Below are positions 51,401 to 60,577 of a stretch of 64,000 nucleotides of DNA, piece by piece. The notes beneath the pieces were generated by a model. The model was given only the letters and a program-made list of their open reading frames with translations. It had not been told where the DNA came from and made no database searches. Source of the DNA: Gemmatimonadota bacterium (GTDB taxonomy: Bacteria > Latescibacterota > UBA2968 > UBA8231); contig JAYOYH010000009.1 of the NCBI GenBank assembly GCA_038153405.1, positions 33,996 to 97,995 on the forward strand, given 5' to 3'. Numbering within the stretch: position 1 is the first letter of the stretch; the number at the start of each line of letters is the position of its first letter. The translations under genes and the position numbers were made by a program.

Positions 51401-54160
51401 ATTAGAGATTCAGTCGCCGTGCGCGTCGGGGCGAGCATCGACTCGCAGACGGTAGCTGAGGGCAGCTACTTTATTTACCTGGTCGCCAGCGACTCAATTT
51501 CTACCACCGTGGGGCAGAGCGAGGCGATGCTGACGGTTAAGCATTCGCCTTCGTTTACCTTTTACGAGCCGCCGCGCGACACGCATCGCCGCATCAATAC
51601 GGGATCGCAGCCCATTTTCACCGTGCAGTGGCAGAAGGGACGCAGCGACCTCGACTTCGACGACAATGCGACGATAGATCTCTACTTTACGACGGACAGT
51701 CCCGCCGTCGTCAACTACGAGAACTACGCCGATTCGCTGCTCAAGGACAGCGATACGCGCGTGATCGTCAAAGGCCTGCGCGAAGATGCTGAAGGCGCAT
51801 CCGATATGTATGTCTGGGATTTGCGCAATCCACCCAACGATACGCCGCTCAGCGGGCAGAAAGTCTGGCTATACGCCATGATCAGCGACGAGCGCGGCAA
51901 CAGCACTACGGCACTGGGTGGCGCGCTAACCATGACGCACGATCCGCATATCAACTTGCTCAGTTCCAAGTTGGACGACTACGATGCATTCGTTAAAAAC
52001 GACGTTCTACGCCTCAAGTGGGATGATTATATGGTAGACGATGGTGTGGGCACAGACGATGCCTACATCCGCCTCTATGCATCCACGCAGGCCAATCTGA
52101 CTACGCTGTCGGCGTTAGAAGCCGACGTGGGCGTCAACGGCTTTCTCATCAATAGCTCGAACGGATTGACGACGGGAACGATTGCCAGCGTGCGCGAGGA
52201 CAGTGCTAATTTTTTCGATTGGAACACCAAGCTATTTGGTGCCGCGGTCAACTATTACGTGTATGCAGCTATCAGCAGGGATGCGACGTTTAGCAACAAT
52301 GCCGCGACGACGTTTAGCCGCAGCGCCACGGCGCTGACTATTGGCGCGGGTAGCGCCACGCCGAATATCAGCTTGAGTCCAACGGATCAAACTGTGGCGG
52401 TCAATGATACCGTGACGCTGGACGTCATGGTGCAGCACAGCAGTGCGATCAATTTCGTGCAAGTTGTGCTCAACTTTGGCGATTCCAGCTTCTCTATAGT
52501 CGACCAGAGCACGGACGCCGGACTGCAGCCCTTTATCGATTTAAATCAGGTATTTTCCGGGGCCACGCCCATCGAGAATGCCTACGATTCATCCGCTTCT
52601 AAACTGCGCTTCGCCAAGTCTACGTTCCAAGGTGAGCTAGTCGGTTCGGCTACGCAGCCAGCTCGCCTGGCGCGTTTTCAGCTGGTGCCAACCTCCAGCC
52701 TAGCGGCGACGCCGTCCGTCACTTTTCAGACGGGGGAAACGGGCACGGTATTGGGCGTAGTGGGCAAAACTGATCCGCTCGACAACGGCGAGGGATTATC
52801 GCTGCTAGACCCCAATTTCAAGCGCGTCGAGCGCGGCAGCATTACGGCGGTGGTCGAGTTGGAAGGGCGCACGCTGGGATCGGGTGACTTCTCCTCTCTG
52901 TTGGATATACATCTGCGCCACCCCGGCAGCACAATCGACATTGCAGATGCCGTTTTTCTCAGCGCTAACGATGCCAACGTCTCTACGACGGATACGCTCG
53001 AAAAACAGAGTGCCGCCAATGGCGCACTGACGTTGACGAATGTGCCGGCTGGACGCTACGTGCTGACGGTCAAAGACACCAGCCACGTCAGCGCGCGCAC
53101 GGATACGTTTACCGTAAGCAATGGGCAAACGGTTGCCGTTGGCAGCGACATTCCCGGGTTTTTTGGCTCGGACCTGCGCGGCGATCCGACGACGACGCTG
53201 GCCAATTCGGGCAGGCGGCTGATTGCCGGGGATGCCAGCGAAGACAACGAAATTAACGAAGACGACGTCAATATTATAATTGCCGCCTGGGGCGCCAATA
53301 GCGCGGTGGCCAATTTTCGCCAGGCCGACCTAAACAACGACAACCAAGTCGGCGCGGCCGACCTAACGGCGACGACCTCTAATTTTGGCAATAGCGAGGG
53401 CTTTGGTGCACCGCCCGTATACAAGCGCGCTGCGGCGGGAGATAATGCAGGTTCATCCATTGAAGTCGTTCCGCTCTTCGATCGCCGCGTCGCTCCCTTT
53501 GTCGGCCAGCGCGTAGATGTGGTCGTGCAGGCGCGCGACTTGGACGATCTGGCCGGCTATGAGTTCGATCTTCAGTTCGATCCGCGCGCCCTGCGCCTGC
53601 TGCCGGGCGGCCAACAGGCCGGCGACGTATTTGGCGGCAATCCGCGCGGGGCAGTATTCGACGCGCGCGTCGACGATGCCGGGCATCTGCGCGTCATGGC
53701 CTCGCGCTACGGCAAGGAGTGGTCGGCACAGGGCGATGGCCAGTTGGTCAGGCTGCGCTTTGAAGTGCTGCGCGAAGATGCGCTGCAGACGCTGCAGCCG
53801 GGCGGCGGCACGCTGTTGAGCACGCTATACGACCAACAGCCGGTTCGTTGGGGAGGGTCGCTGCTCGACTGGATCCTGCCGCAGGTGCCTGATTTAGCGC
53901 AAAATTTCCCCAATCCCTTTAATCCGAGCACCAGCATTCCACTGGCGCTGCCCCAGCGCACCCAGGTGCGCCTAGCCGTCTTTAACGTGCTGGGTCAGAA
54001 GGTGCGCACGCTGATCGACGGGCCGATGGAAGCCGGCTATCACACCATGGTGTGGAACGGTCGCGATGAAGCGGGTAGCCAAGCGGCAGCCGGCACCTAC
54101 TTCTACCTGCTGGAAGCCGACCAATTTCGCCAGACGCGCAAGATGACGTTGGTTAAGTGA
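48422..54160 (+). CDS. Giant secreted protein: Asp-box propeller, 4 Ig-like repeats, cohesin, dockerin, cohesin, T9SS/FlgD-type CTD
   Basis: SEDSGRTF and SQNGGASW Asp-boxes; GDASEDNEINEDD..ADLNNDNQVGAAD; LAGYEFDLQFDP; QNFPNPFNPST..RKMTLVK. Start is 48422 or GTG 48458. Confidence 0.88.
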   Translation: MVKSFSAQSTLRVHQSYWQRSTRYSIPWITAGLLLLLWLAPRVYGAAPIFENRTPVGFSTADSTTQQDFVLGGEIVVRADLNQAATPTYPVIGHFHNIERSVQVEGSDVDGLQTDIAVDGDGTVHMAWIAQEVVSPVSTPVYYVRYARSEDSGRTFSAPVSVSGGLRFDLLTVNTAANSSGFSTLDLEVDSRGNPRVAYAMNHSPDGHTAKFSGSGDADNVYFNYSQNGGASWLPSDRAIVVNDTVTLGNLQGRASAFPRLVVDQRDNIFISYVRGSSQGSGNDDIMLAKVDRSTTPFDMERVGSLGGVGSSGGVRISPEAGRHSGPDLAVGTGDVLHLIYFNDTGNDIEHKTLLADSWNTVGGTGWNQSVDGADVDDFVDEATVAAIESDANFFFPSIAVDKQSSPDKVYAVYKFGDATFETVAFNRYTYDNAIGGSAGWNTAAAMPVWSTATSPVFADGNAAYNIELEWTHTERVAVLVDDRLPDRGEVHIAFSAGYSSSGEHDIYYGYYNGASWILPEKVADDDSDTGVEDGIATSDVYLASPALAKATGQSNLFMAFSGGAGEGLGINGVSDVNGHAYFKVLGRSITSEDESVPVGAFAYNLSYTPVNPQNHSSAIDDNLVYVHVADNVDGTRLGATGRRQTDGFLAGDWESVGVRSSDDDKYFEGRFNEDASSGQEWGDDDDKIGLLVKFNVLGSDSPVNVQVITNSTASASGTGLGARSVRVGTDPSAIAGVGSFFMLGADIDIIDSNTAPRVQVLQPDGVGDEANTSYPIMYNLSDTDDQIVSGGLKAALYFSPDSSLASVQDIRIFATLIADENDQTSVFSSGTNDLSEGLSESYTWDDPPTALKAKLFASINQVISGKYYIYLVADDQKNPPVFARSPGALTIKHVPIIVHVDPAMADTVDTGVRSGATANPYDLDFTVRDFDLQGAAEIQLFYSSVSGLQSVSVIGTFPNQKFTLGKSASGVRAIPITHTDTLTSSYVEFSWDIRDSVAVRVGASIDSQTVAEGSYFIYLVASDSISTTVGQSEAMLTVKHSPSFTFYEPPRDTHRRINTGSQPIFTVQWQKGRSDLDFDDNATIDLYFTTDSPAVVNYENYADSLLKDSDTRVIVKGLREDAEGASDMYVWDLRNPPNDTPLSGQKVWLYAMISDERGNSTTALGGALTMTHDPHINLLSSKLDDYDAFVKNDVLRLKWDDYMVDDGVGTDDAYIRLYASTQANLTTLSALEADVGVNGFLINSSNGLTTGTIASVREDSANFFDWNTKLFGAAVNYYVYAAISRDATFSNNAATTFSRSATALTIGAGSATPNISLSPTDQTVAVNDTVTLDVMVQHSSAINFVQVVLNFGDSSFSIVDQSTDAGLQPFIDLNQVFSGATPIENAYDSSASKLRFAKSTFQGELVGSATQPARLARFQLVPTSSLAATPSVTFQTGETGTVLGVVGKTDPLDNGEGLSLLDPNFKRVERGSITAVVELEGRTLGSGDFSSLLDIHLRHPGSTIDIADAVFLSANDANVSTTDTLEKQSAANGALTLTNVPAGRYVLTVKDTSHVSARTDTFTVSNGQTVAVGSDIPGFFGSDLRGDPTTTLANSGRRLIAGDASEDNEINEDDVNIIIAAWGANSAVANFRQADLNNDNQVGAADLTATTSNFGNSEGFGAPPVYKRAAAGDNAGSSIEVVPLFDRRVAPFVGQRVDVVVQARDLDDLAGYEFDLQFDPRALRLLPGGQQAGDVFGGNPRGAVFDARVDDAGHLRVMASRYGKEWSAQGDGQLVRLRFEVLREDALQTLQPGGGTLLSTLYDQQPVRWGGSLLDWILPQVPDLAQNFPNPFNPSTSIPLALPQRTQVRLAVFNVLGQKVRTLIDGPMEAGYHTMVWNGRDEAGSQAAAGTYFYLLEADQFRQTRKMTLVK

Positions 54161-57100
54161 TGCTGCGCTCGGCAATCTACATGGCGTGTGCAGCACTCTG
54201 GGTAAGCGCGGCGCAGGCTGCCAAACCGGTATTTGAAAACGCCACGCCGGTCGGCTTTTCGCCGCAGGACAGCACCGTCGTCGAGGACTTTACGGCGGGC
54301 TCTACCGTCAGCGTGCGCGTCGATTTGGACCGCGCGGCTACCTACGACTATCCGGTTGTAGGCCATTTTCACAATCTGGAAAAGAGCGTGCAGCTGGGAT
54401 CGGTCGATACCGACGGCATGCAGGTCGATATCGCCATGGTCGACGTCGCGCCGTTTGGCGTGCGCGCCGAGGGGCCGGCCCTAGGACTTACCAGCACGGC
54501 CGTGCATCCGTCAATTCACATGGCGTGGATTGAGCAGACGACGTCTGTGCCGCGCGCGAGCTTTCCCTATACGGGCGGCAGCACGCCGCTCTACCGCGTC
54601 ATGTATGCGCGCAGTTCCGACGGCGGTGCGAATTTTTCCTCGCCGGTTGCCGTAAGCGGAAATATCACCTACCACCCACTGACGACCAACGGCAGCGGCA
54701 ACTCGTTCTCGACGCTCGATTTGGAAGTAGACAGTGGCGGTCAACCGCGCGTGGCCTATGCCTTTGTCTCGACGGCCGATCACGAGCGCAAGAAAAACGT
54801 CTACTTCGCCTATTCGCAGGACGGGGGCGGCTCGTGGCAGACCCCCATTGTAGTTAATGACACCAAGGTAGGTGCGACGGAGAGTCGCAACACGGCCTTT
54901 CCGCGCATGATCGTAGACGATCGCGACAACGTGTTTATCAGCTACGTGCGCGGCGCCAGTACGGGTGCGGGTAGCGACGACATTATGATGGCCAAGGTCA
55001 ATCGCTTTTCCTCGCCCTTTTCCATTCTACCCATAGGCGAGAGCGGCGGAACGGGCACGGGCGGCATTCGCCTGACGCCCAATGGCGATCGCAGCACGGG
55101 GCCCGACGTAGCGCTGGGTGACGGCGACGCGCTGCACGTGGTCTACTTCAGCGACACCAACAACCGCATCGAACACAAGCGCCTCGCCACCGATACGACG
55201 TGGGTGGACGTGAGTGCCGCGGGTTGGAATCAGAACGCGGCCGGGGCCGCACTCTCTTCTTTTGTTGACGAAGCGGCGTCCAATGCGGGCATAGAAACAG
55301 ATGCGACTTACTATTTTCCCAGCGTCGTCGTCGATCGCAACGCGTTGCCCGATCGGGTATACTCGCTGTTTAAGTGGGCCGACAATACGCCCGTAGAAGG
55401 CATCTACTTTAACGCCTACCGCGACGTAGGTGCGCTCGGAGGGAATGCTGCGTGGGGCACGGCGACCTCGCTGTGGAATACGGCGGGGACGGCCCTTTTT
55501 AGCGATGGCGCCAATGCCTACAACGTCGAGCTCGACTGGGAAATAACCGAGCGCGTAGCGGCCGTAGTTGACGATCGTCTAGAAGATAGGGGCGATCTCC
55601 ACATCGCCTTTAGCGCCGGTTATAGCGGCGGCGGTGAGCATGATATCTACTACGCGCGCTACAACGGGACCTCGTGGACGCTGCCGGAAAAGGTCGCCGA
55701 CGACGATTCGGACAGCGGCACGGAAGACGGCATTGCCGCGGCGGATGTGTTTCAGCTGAGTCCGGCGCTGGCCATGCATCCCGATTCGCTCAACGTATAT
55801 ATGGCCTTTGCCGGCGGCGCGGGCGAGGGATTTGGTCTCGGACACGTGACCAATGTAAATCACCACGCCTATTTCAAGGTGCTAGGGCGCAATGCGACGT
55901 GGGAGGACGACTCGGTGCCGGTGGGCGCCTACCAGTACACGCTGTCCTATAAACCGGTTAACGCGCAGACGGTAGCTTCACAGGTGGACGACAATGTGAT
56001 CTACGTGCACGTGGCCGATGCTGGGGATGGATCGGGGTTGGGTGCGCGCGCCGATTCGTCGGATGGGTTTTTGGCCGGCGACTGGGAGTCGGTGGGTCTG
56101 AAGCTAGTAGACAACGACAAGTATTATGAGGGAAGAGTAAACGAAGACAGCGCCGGTTCAAACGAGTGGGGAGACGACGACGACAAGATCGGTCTGCTGG
56201 TAAAGCTCAATGTACTAGGCAGCGATTCGTCGACCAATGTGCAGGTCATTACCAATAGTACGGCCAGCGCCGGAGGCACCGGATTGGCGGCGCGCAGCGT
56301 GCGCGTGGGCAGCAATCCATCGGGCGCGTTTGTCGGCGCCGGTTCGTTTTTCATGCTCGGTGCAAATATCGATATCGTCGCCAGCAATACGGCCCCGAGC
56401 GTTTCTATCGCCCAGCCCGACGGCAGCGGCGATACGGCCAATACGTCCTACGCCATTCAGTATAGCGCCACCGATGCCGACGACGATCTGGGCGGCAATT
56501 TAAAGATAGCCCTCTATGCCTATCCGACGGGCGGCCTGCGCAGCGTGCAGGACATACGCATCTTCGCGACGTTGATCGCCGACGAGAACGACCACGTGGC
56601 CGTCAACGCCAATGGCACGGGTGATCTGGCAGAAGGTTCCAGCGAGACCTATACCTGGGACGATCCGCCGCAGGCGCTGAAAAACGCGGCGCTCTTCGCC
56701 TCGATTCTCCGCGTGCCGAGTGGAAATTACTACATCTACGCCGTGGTTGATGACCAGCGCAACCCGCCGGTCTATGCCGTCAGTCCCGGCCCCCTTACCG
56801 TGCGCCACGGCCCGATCGTCCAGCAGATTGATCCGGTGGTGGCCGATACGGTCGATACCGGCGTGCGCACCGGCCTGAAGGCCAATCCCTACGACCTCGA
56901 CCTAAGCGTAGTCGACTACGATAGCGATGCGCGCGTGCAGCTTTTTTACTCGTCTGCCAGTGGTTTGACGTCGGTCTCAGTGCGGGGTAACTATCCCAAC
57001 AACGCCTTTGTTCTGGGCAAGAGCATTGCCGGCACGCGCGCTACGGCCATTACAGCTTCGACGACTATGACGGCGCACAAAAGAGAATTTAGCTGGGACG

Positions 57101-59814
57101 TCACGTCGCCGCTCGTGGCACAGGGGGCCTATTATATCTACGCTGTCGCTACCGATTCGATTACGACTACCGTAGGACAGAGTAGCGTTCCGCTGGTGGT
57201 GCGCCACTCGCCTTCGTTCGCTTTTTACGAGCCGGCAGTCGATACGCAGCGCCGCATCGACTCGGGTTCGCAGCCGATCTATACAATTCAATGGCAAAAG
57301 GGACCTGGCGATAAGGATTTAGATAGCAACGCCTCGATCGCGCTTTACTTCACGACGGACGACCCAGCCAGTACCGATCACGCGACGGCCTCCGGTGCTT
57401 CGCCGACGTCGCTGACGAGCGACGGCGATACTCGGCTGATTGTCAGCGGACTGACCGAAGACAGCGACGGTCCGGCCGATATGTATGCGTGGGATCTGCG
57501 CAATCCTCCCAATGCGCTGCCCAAGAGCGGACAGCGCGTGTGGATCTATGCGTTGATCAGCGATGGTACCAACACGACGGTTGCGCGCGGCGGTTCGCTA
57601 ATTTGGACGCACAACCCCTTTGTCCTGCTCAAGACGCGCCTGCCCGATATAAGTCGCGGCGATATCGTACGCCTCGAGTGGGAAGACTATTTGGTCGACG
57701 ATGGTTCGGGCACAGACGACGCCTACATACGCCTCTACGCTGCTTCCAATGCTACGCACACTACGCTGCAATCTATTGAGAGCGATCTAATCGACGGAGG
57801 CAATGACGTCTTCATTATCAACAGCTCTGACGGAACGGCGGGCGGCGCGATAACCAATCTGCGCGAAAGCGCGGACGATGCCTTTAACTGGGATACGAAT
57901 ACGGCCAGCTTTTCCATGGCAGAGGGTTCGTTTTCCATCTATGCGGGCATTAGTGCCGATCCGACTTTTGCCGACAACTCGACGGGGCGCCTGAGCAAGG
58001 CGTCCAATCCGCTGGTCGTTGGCGTCAGTAGCGGCACGACGCCACAGCTGTCGCTCAGCCCCAACAAAGTGGTGGCGGCAGCGGGCGATACGCTGACATT
58101 TGATGTGGTTGTTCAGTCCAGCGGCGAGTCGATTGAGTCGATTAGCGCCGTGATCGATGTGGACGCCAGCCTCTACACCGTGCTCAATAGCGGTACGCCC
58201 TTTACTGACCGAGGTGCGGTATTTGTAGGCGGTACGATTGCGGAAAACGCGTTTTCGAGCGGCAAACTGCGCTTTACCAAAAACAAGGCGGGCGGTGAAA
58301 TCGTTGGCTCGACGCAAACGCAAAAGCCCCTGGCGCGCTTTCAGGTCGTGCTCAAGAGCGATTTCAGCAATGCGCATATGCTGCCTTTTGGGGCAGAAGC
58401 GGCCCTCAGCGTCAGCGGGGCATCCGCCGCTATCAAGCAGAGCAGCGGTCTGTCGGTGCAGAGCGCGCAGATCCGCTCCGTGGCGCGTGGTGCGTTGCTG
58501 GCTACGGTGATGCTCGAGGGGCGTGCGCTGGGCAACGGCAATCACGCGACGCTGCTCGACGTGCATCTGCGCCAACCGGGCAGCACCATCGATATTATAG
58601 ATGCAACCTTTCGCGCCGCCAACGATGCCGATGCAACGAGTGCCGACACCGTCGAGGTGCAGACCGCATCGACGGGCGACTTTTCGCTCACCCATATTCC
58701 ATCTGGGCGCTATGTGCTGACGGTTAAAGACACCAGTCATCTGAGTGGGCGATCGGATACGCTGTTGATTCGCAGCGGCGAAGTGCTGACAATGGGTTCC
58801 AGCCTGGGATTTTACGCATCCGACGTGCGCGGCGATCGCTCGTTTTTGCTCGCGCAAAACGGCCGCATGCTCAAGGGGGGCGACGTCACCGGAGACAATG
58901 AGGTCGACGAAGACGACGTCAATGCCATCGACGCGGCCTGGGGCACCAATAGCGCTGTCGACAATTTTAAACAGGCCGATATGAATAACGATAGCCGAGT
59001 CGGTGTAGAAGACTTGGCGCTGGCTACGTCGAATATCAGCAACAGCACGGGATTTGGCGCACCCCCCGTTTTTAAACGGGCGGTCGGATCGCTGGAACAG
59101 GCTGGTGTGGAAATACGGGCACCCAACTACGCGGGCCAGTGGCGCTTTGGCGACGAGGTCGAACTGGTTTTCGTCGCGCGCAATCTAGTCGATTTAAGCG
59201 CCTTTGAAATGGAGTGGCACTACGATGCCCGCGATCTGCAACTGGTGGACGAGCCGCGGGTGGGCAGCGTCTTTCGCGACAACCCGCGCGGTGCCTTTGC
59301 CCGCGTCGAAGTGGAAGAGGGCCGCATTGCCGTAGCGCAGTCGCGCTACGGCCAGCGCTGGGCGGCCAGCGGCGAGGGCGAGTTAATGCGCTTGAACGTG
59401 CGCCTGCAGAACGATGGCTTTCCCGAATCACTGCGCTTGCGCACAGGTCGTCTGGTTGGCGCGGCGTATGAGAGCGTGCATCTAAAACTGCTGGGAGATC
59501 CCACTCTCCTGGCTGTTCCGGAGGAATTTAACTTGCAGCAGAACTATCCCAATCCATTTAACCCGTCGACGACTATTCCCTTTGCCGTGCCCTTTATATC
59601 CGGTGGGGGAGCCGTTCCTGCATCTGTCGAGATCTTCAACGCGCTGGGCCAGCGCGTGCGGATGCTAGTCGATGAACCGATTAAGCCCGGCTATCATCGG
59701 GTGAAATGGGACGGTCTCGATGGGCGCGGAAGCGCCGTCGGATCGGGTCTATACTTTTATCGCGTGCGCGTTGGACAGATGGCACAGGTCGGTAAGATGA
59801 CGTTGGTCAAATAG
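54157..59814 (+). CDS. Paralog of the preceding giant protein (same architecture)
   Basis: Collinear similarity over the full length; GDVTGDNEVDEDD..ADMNNDSRVGVED; QNYPNPFNPST..KMTLVK. GTGA overlap with the upstream stop. Confidence 0.88.
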   Translation: MMLRSAIYMACAALWVSAAQAAKPVFENATPVGFSPQDSTVVEDFTAGSTVSVRVDLDRAATYDYPVVGHFHNLEKSVQLGSVDTDGMQVDIAMVDVAPFGVRAEGPALGLTSTAVHPSIHMAWIEQTTSVPRASFPYTGGSTPLYRVMYARSSDGGANFSSPVAVSGNITYHPLTTNGSGNSFSTLDLEVDSGGQPRVAYAFVSTADHERKKNVYFAYSQDGGGSWQTPIVVNDTKVGATESRNTAFPRMIVDDRDNVFISYVRGASTGAGSDDIMMAKVNRFSSPFSILPIGESGGTGTGGIRLTPNGDRSTGPDVALGDGDALHVVYFSDTNNRIEHKRLATDTTWVDVSAAGWNQNAAGAALSSFVDEAASNAGIETDATYYFPSVVVDRNALPDRVYSLFKWADNTPVEGIYFNAYRDVGALGGNAAWGTATSLWNTAGTALFSDGANAYNVELDWEITERVAAVVDDRLEDRGDLHIAFSAGYSGGGEHDIYYARYNGTSWTLPEKVADDDSDSGTEDGIAAADVFQLSPALAMHPDSLNVYMAFAGGAGEGFGLGHVTNVNHHAYFKVLGRNATWEDDSVPVGAYQYTLSYKPVNAQTVASQVDDNVIYVHVADAGDGSGLGARADSSDGFLAGDWESVGLKLVDNDKYYEGRVNEDSAGSNEWGDDDDKIGLLVKLNVLGSDSSTNVQVITNSTASAGGTGLAARSVRVGSNPSGAFVGAGSFFMLGANIDIVASNTAPSVSIAQPDGSGDTANTSYAIQYSATDADDDLGGNLKIALYAYPTGGLRSVQDIRIFATLIADENDHVAVNANGTGDLAEGSSETYTWDDPPQALKNAALFASILRVPSGNYYIYAVVDDQRNPPVYAVSPGPLTVRHGPIVQQIDPVVADTVDTGVRTGLKANPYDLDLSVVDYDSDARVQLFYSSASGLTSVSVRGNYPNNAFVLGKSIAGTRATAITASTTMTAHKREFSWDVTSPLVAQGAYYIYAVATDSITTTVGQSSVPLVVRHSPSFAFYEPAVDTQRRIDSGSQPIYTIQWQKGPGDKDLDSNASIALYFTTDDPASTDHATASGASPTSLTSDGDTRLIVSGLTEDSDGPADMYAWDLRNPPNALPKSGQRVWIYALISDGTNTTVARGGSLIWTHNPFVLLKTRLPDISRGDIVRLEWEDYLVDDGSGTDDAYIRLYAASNATHTTLQSIESDLIDGGNDVFIINSSDGTAGGAITNLRESADDAFNWDTNTASFSMAEGSFSIYAGISADPTFADNSTGRLSKASNPLVVGVSSGTTPQLSLSPNKVVAAAGDTLTFDVVVQSSGESIESISAVIDVDASLYTVLNSGTPFTDRGAVFVGGTIAENAFSSGKLRFTKNKAGGEIVGSTQTQKPLARFQVVLKSDFSNAHMLPFGAEAALSVSGASAAIKQSSGLSVQSAQIRSVARGALLATVMLEGRALGNGNHATLLDVHLRQPGSTIDIIDATFRAANDADATSADTVEVQTASTGDFSLTHIPSGRYVLTVKDTSHLSGRSDTLLIRSGEVLTMGSSLGFYASDVRGDRSFLLAQNGRMLKGGDVTGDNEVDEDDVNAIDAAWGTNSAVDNFKQADMNNDSRVGVEDLALATSNISNSTGFGAPPVFKRAVGSLEQAGVEIRAPNYAGQWRFGDEVELVFVARNLVDLSAFEMEWHYDARDLQLVDEPRVGSVFRDNPRGAFARVEVEEGRIAVAQSRYGQRWAASGEGELMRLNVRLQNDGFPESLRLRTGRLVGAAYESVHLKLLGDPTLLAVPEEFNLQQNYPNPFNPSTTIPFAVPFISGGGAVPASVEIFNALGQRVRMLVDEPIKPGYHRVKWDGLDGRGSAVGSGLYFYRVRVGQMAQVGKMTLVK

Positions 59815-59850
59815 GCTGAAGGTTAGGTTTTTACTCGACGAGGAGCTTGC

Positions 59851-60444
59851 ATGGCGCCCGCGTATCTCGACGAACAGCTCGCATTTATATTAGAGGCCGA
59901 AGGGCTAAAACAGATTTTTCGCCAGACCTTGTTGCCGGGCGACTATCGGGCGGAAAACGATGCCGAGCACTCGTGGCATTTGAGCTTGATGGCCGTGTTG
60001 CTCAGCGAGCATGCGTGTGAACCGTCGCTGGACCTGCTGCGCGTGCTGAAAATGCTGCTGATTCACGATATCGTCGAGATCGATGCCGGCGATACCTTCG
60101 CCTACGACGAAGCGGCTAATGCAGACAAGGAACAACGCGAACAGGCCGCCGCCGACCGGCTATTTAACCTATTGCCCAGCCCGCAGGATACCGATATGCG
60201 CGCGCTGTGGGACGAGTTTGAGGCGCGCCAGACGCCGGAGGCGCGCTATGCTGCAGCGCTCGACCGCTTTCAGCCCCTGTTGCTCAATTTTCATACGCAG
60301 GGCGCGGCCTGGCGCCGGCACGGGGTGAAAAAGGCACAGGTAATCGCGCGCAATGAGCATATCGGCGAGGGGGCTCCGGCGCTGTGGGAGTATGCGCGGA
60401 AGCTAATCGATGAGGCGGTGGCACGCGGTTATCTCGAAGCGTAG
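59851..60444 (+). CDS. HD-domain hydrolase (HDDC2/YfbR-like)
   Basis: ENDAEHSW, LIHDIVEIDAGD, LWDEFE, ALDRFQP. Confidence 0.9.
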   Translation: MAPAYLDEQLAFILEAEGLKQIFRQTLLPGDYRAENDAEHSWHLSLMAVLLSEHACEPSLDLLRVLKMLLIHDIVEIDAGDTFAYDEAANADKEQREQAAADRLFNLLPSPQDTDMRALWDEFEARQTPEARYAAALDRFQPLLLNFHTQGAAWRRHGVKKAQVIARNEHIGEGAPALWEYARKLIDEAVARGYLEA

Positions 60445-60577
60445 GCGCGCCGGCTGGTATTGGCTGTTGGAGTAGTTCGGTGGTCCGTGCGCTGGCGCCG
60501 CAGCGCGCACTGATTCGCACGGGCACGCCTCAAAATGCGAGCGTATTTTGAAACTAATAGCATGGGTGGTCGTGGAA

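Noticed and set aside
57787..58857. Long antisense ORFs (also 2529-3566, 16367-17179, 32234-33010, 36165-36992)
   Set aside because: Shadow ORFs expected in GC-rich coding DNA; no motifs, and they fully overlap well-supported genes.
44111..59814. Classical cellulosome
   Set aside because: No recognisable GH catalytic domains, CBM3, SLH domains or multi-cohesin tandem arrays.
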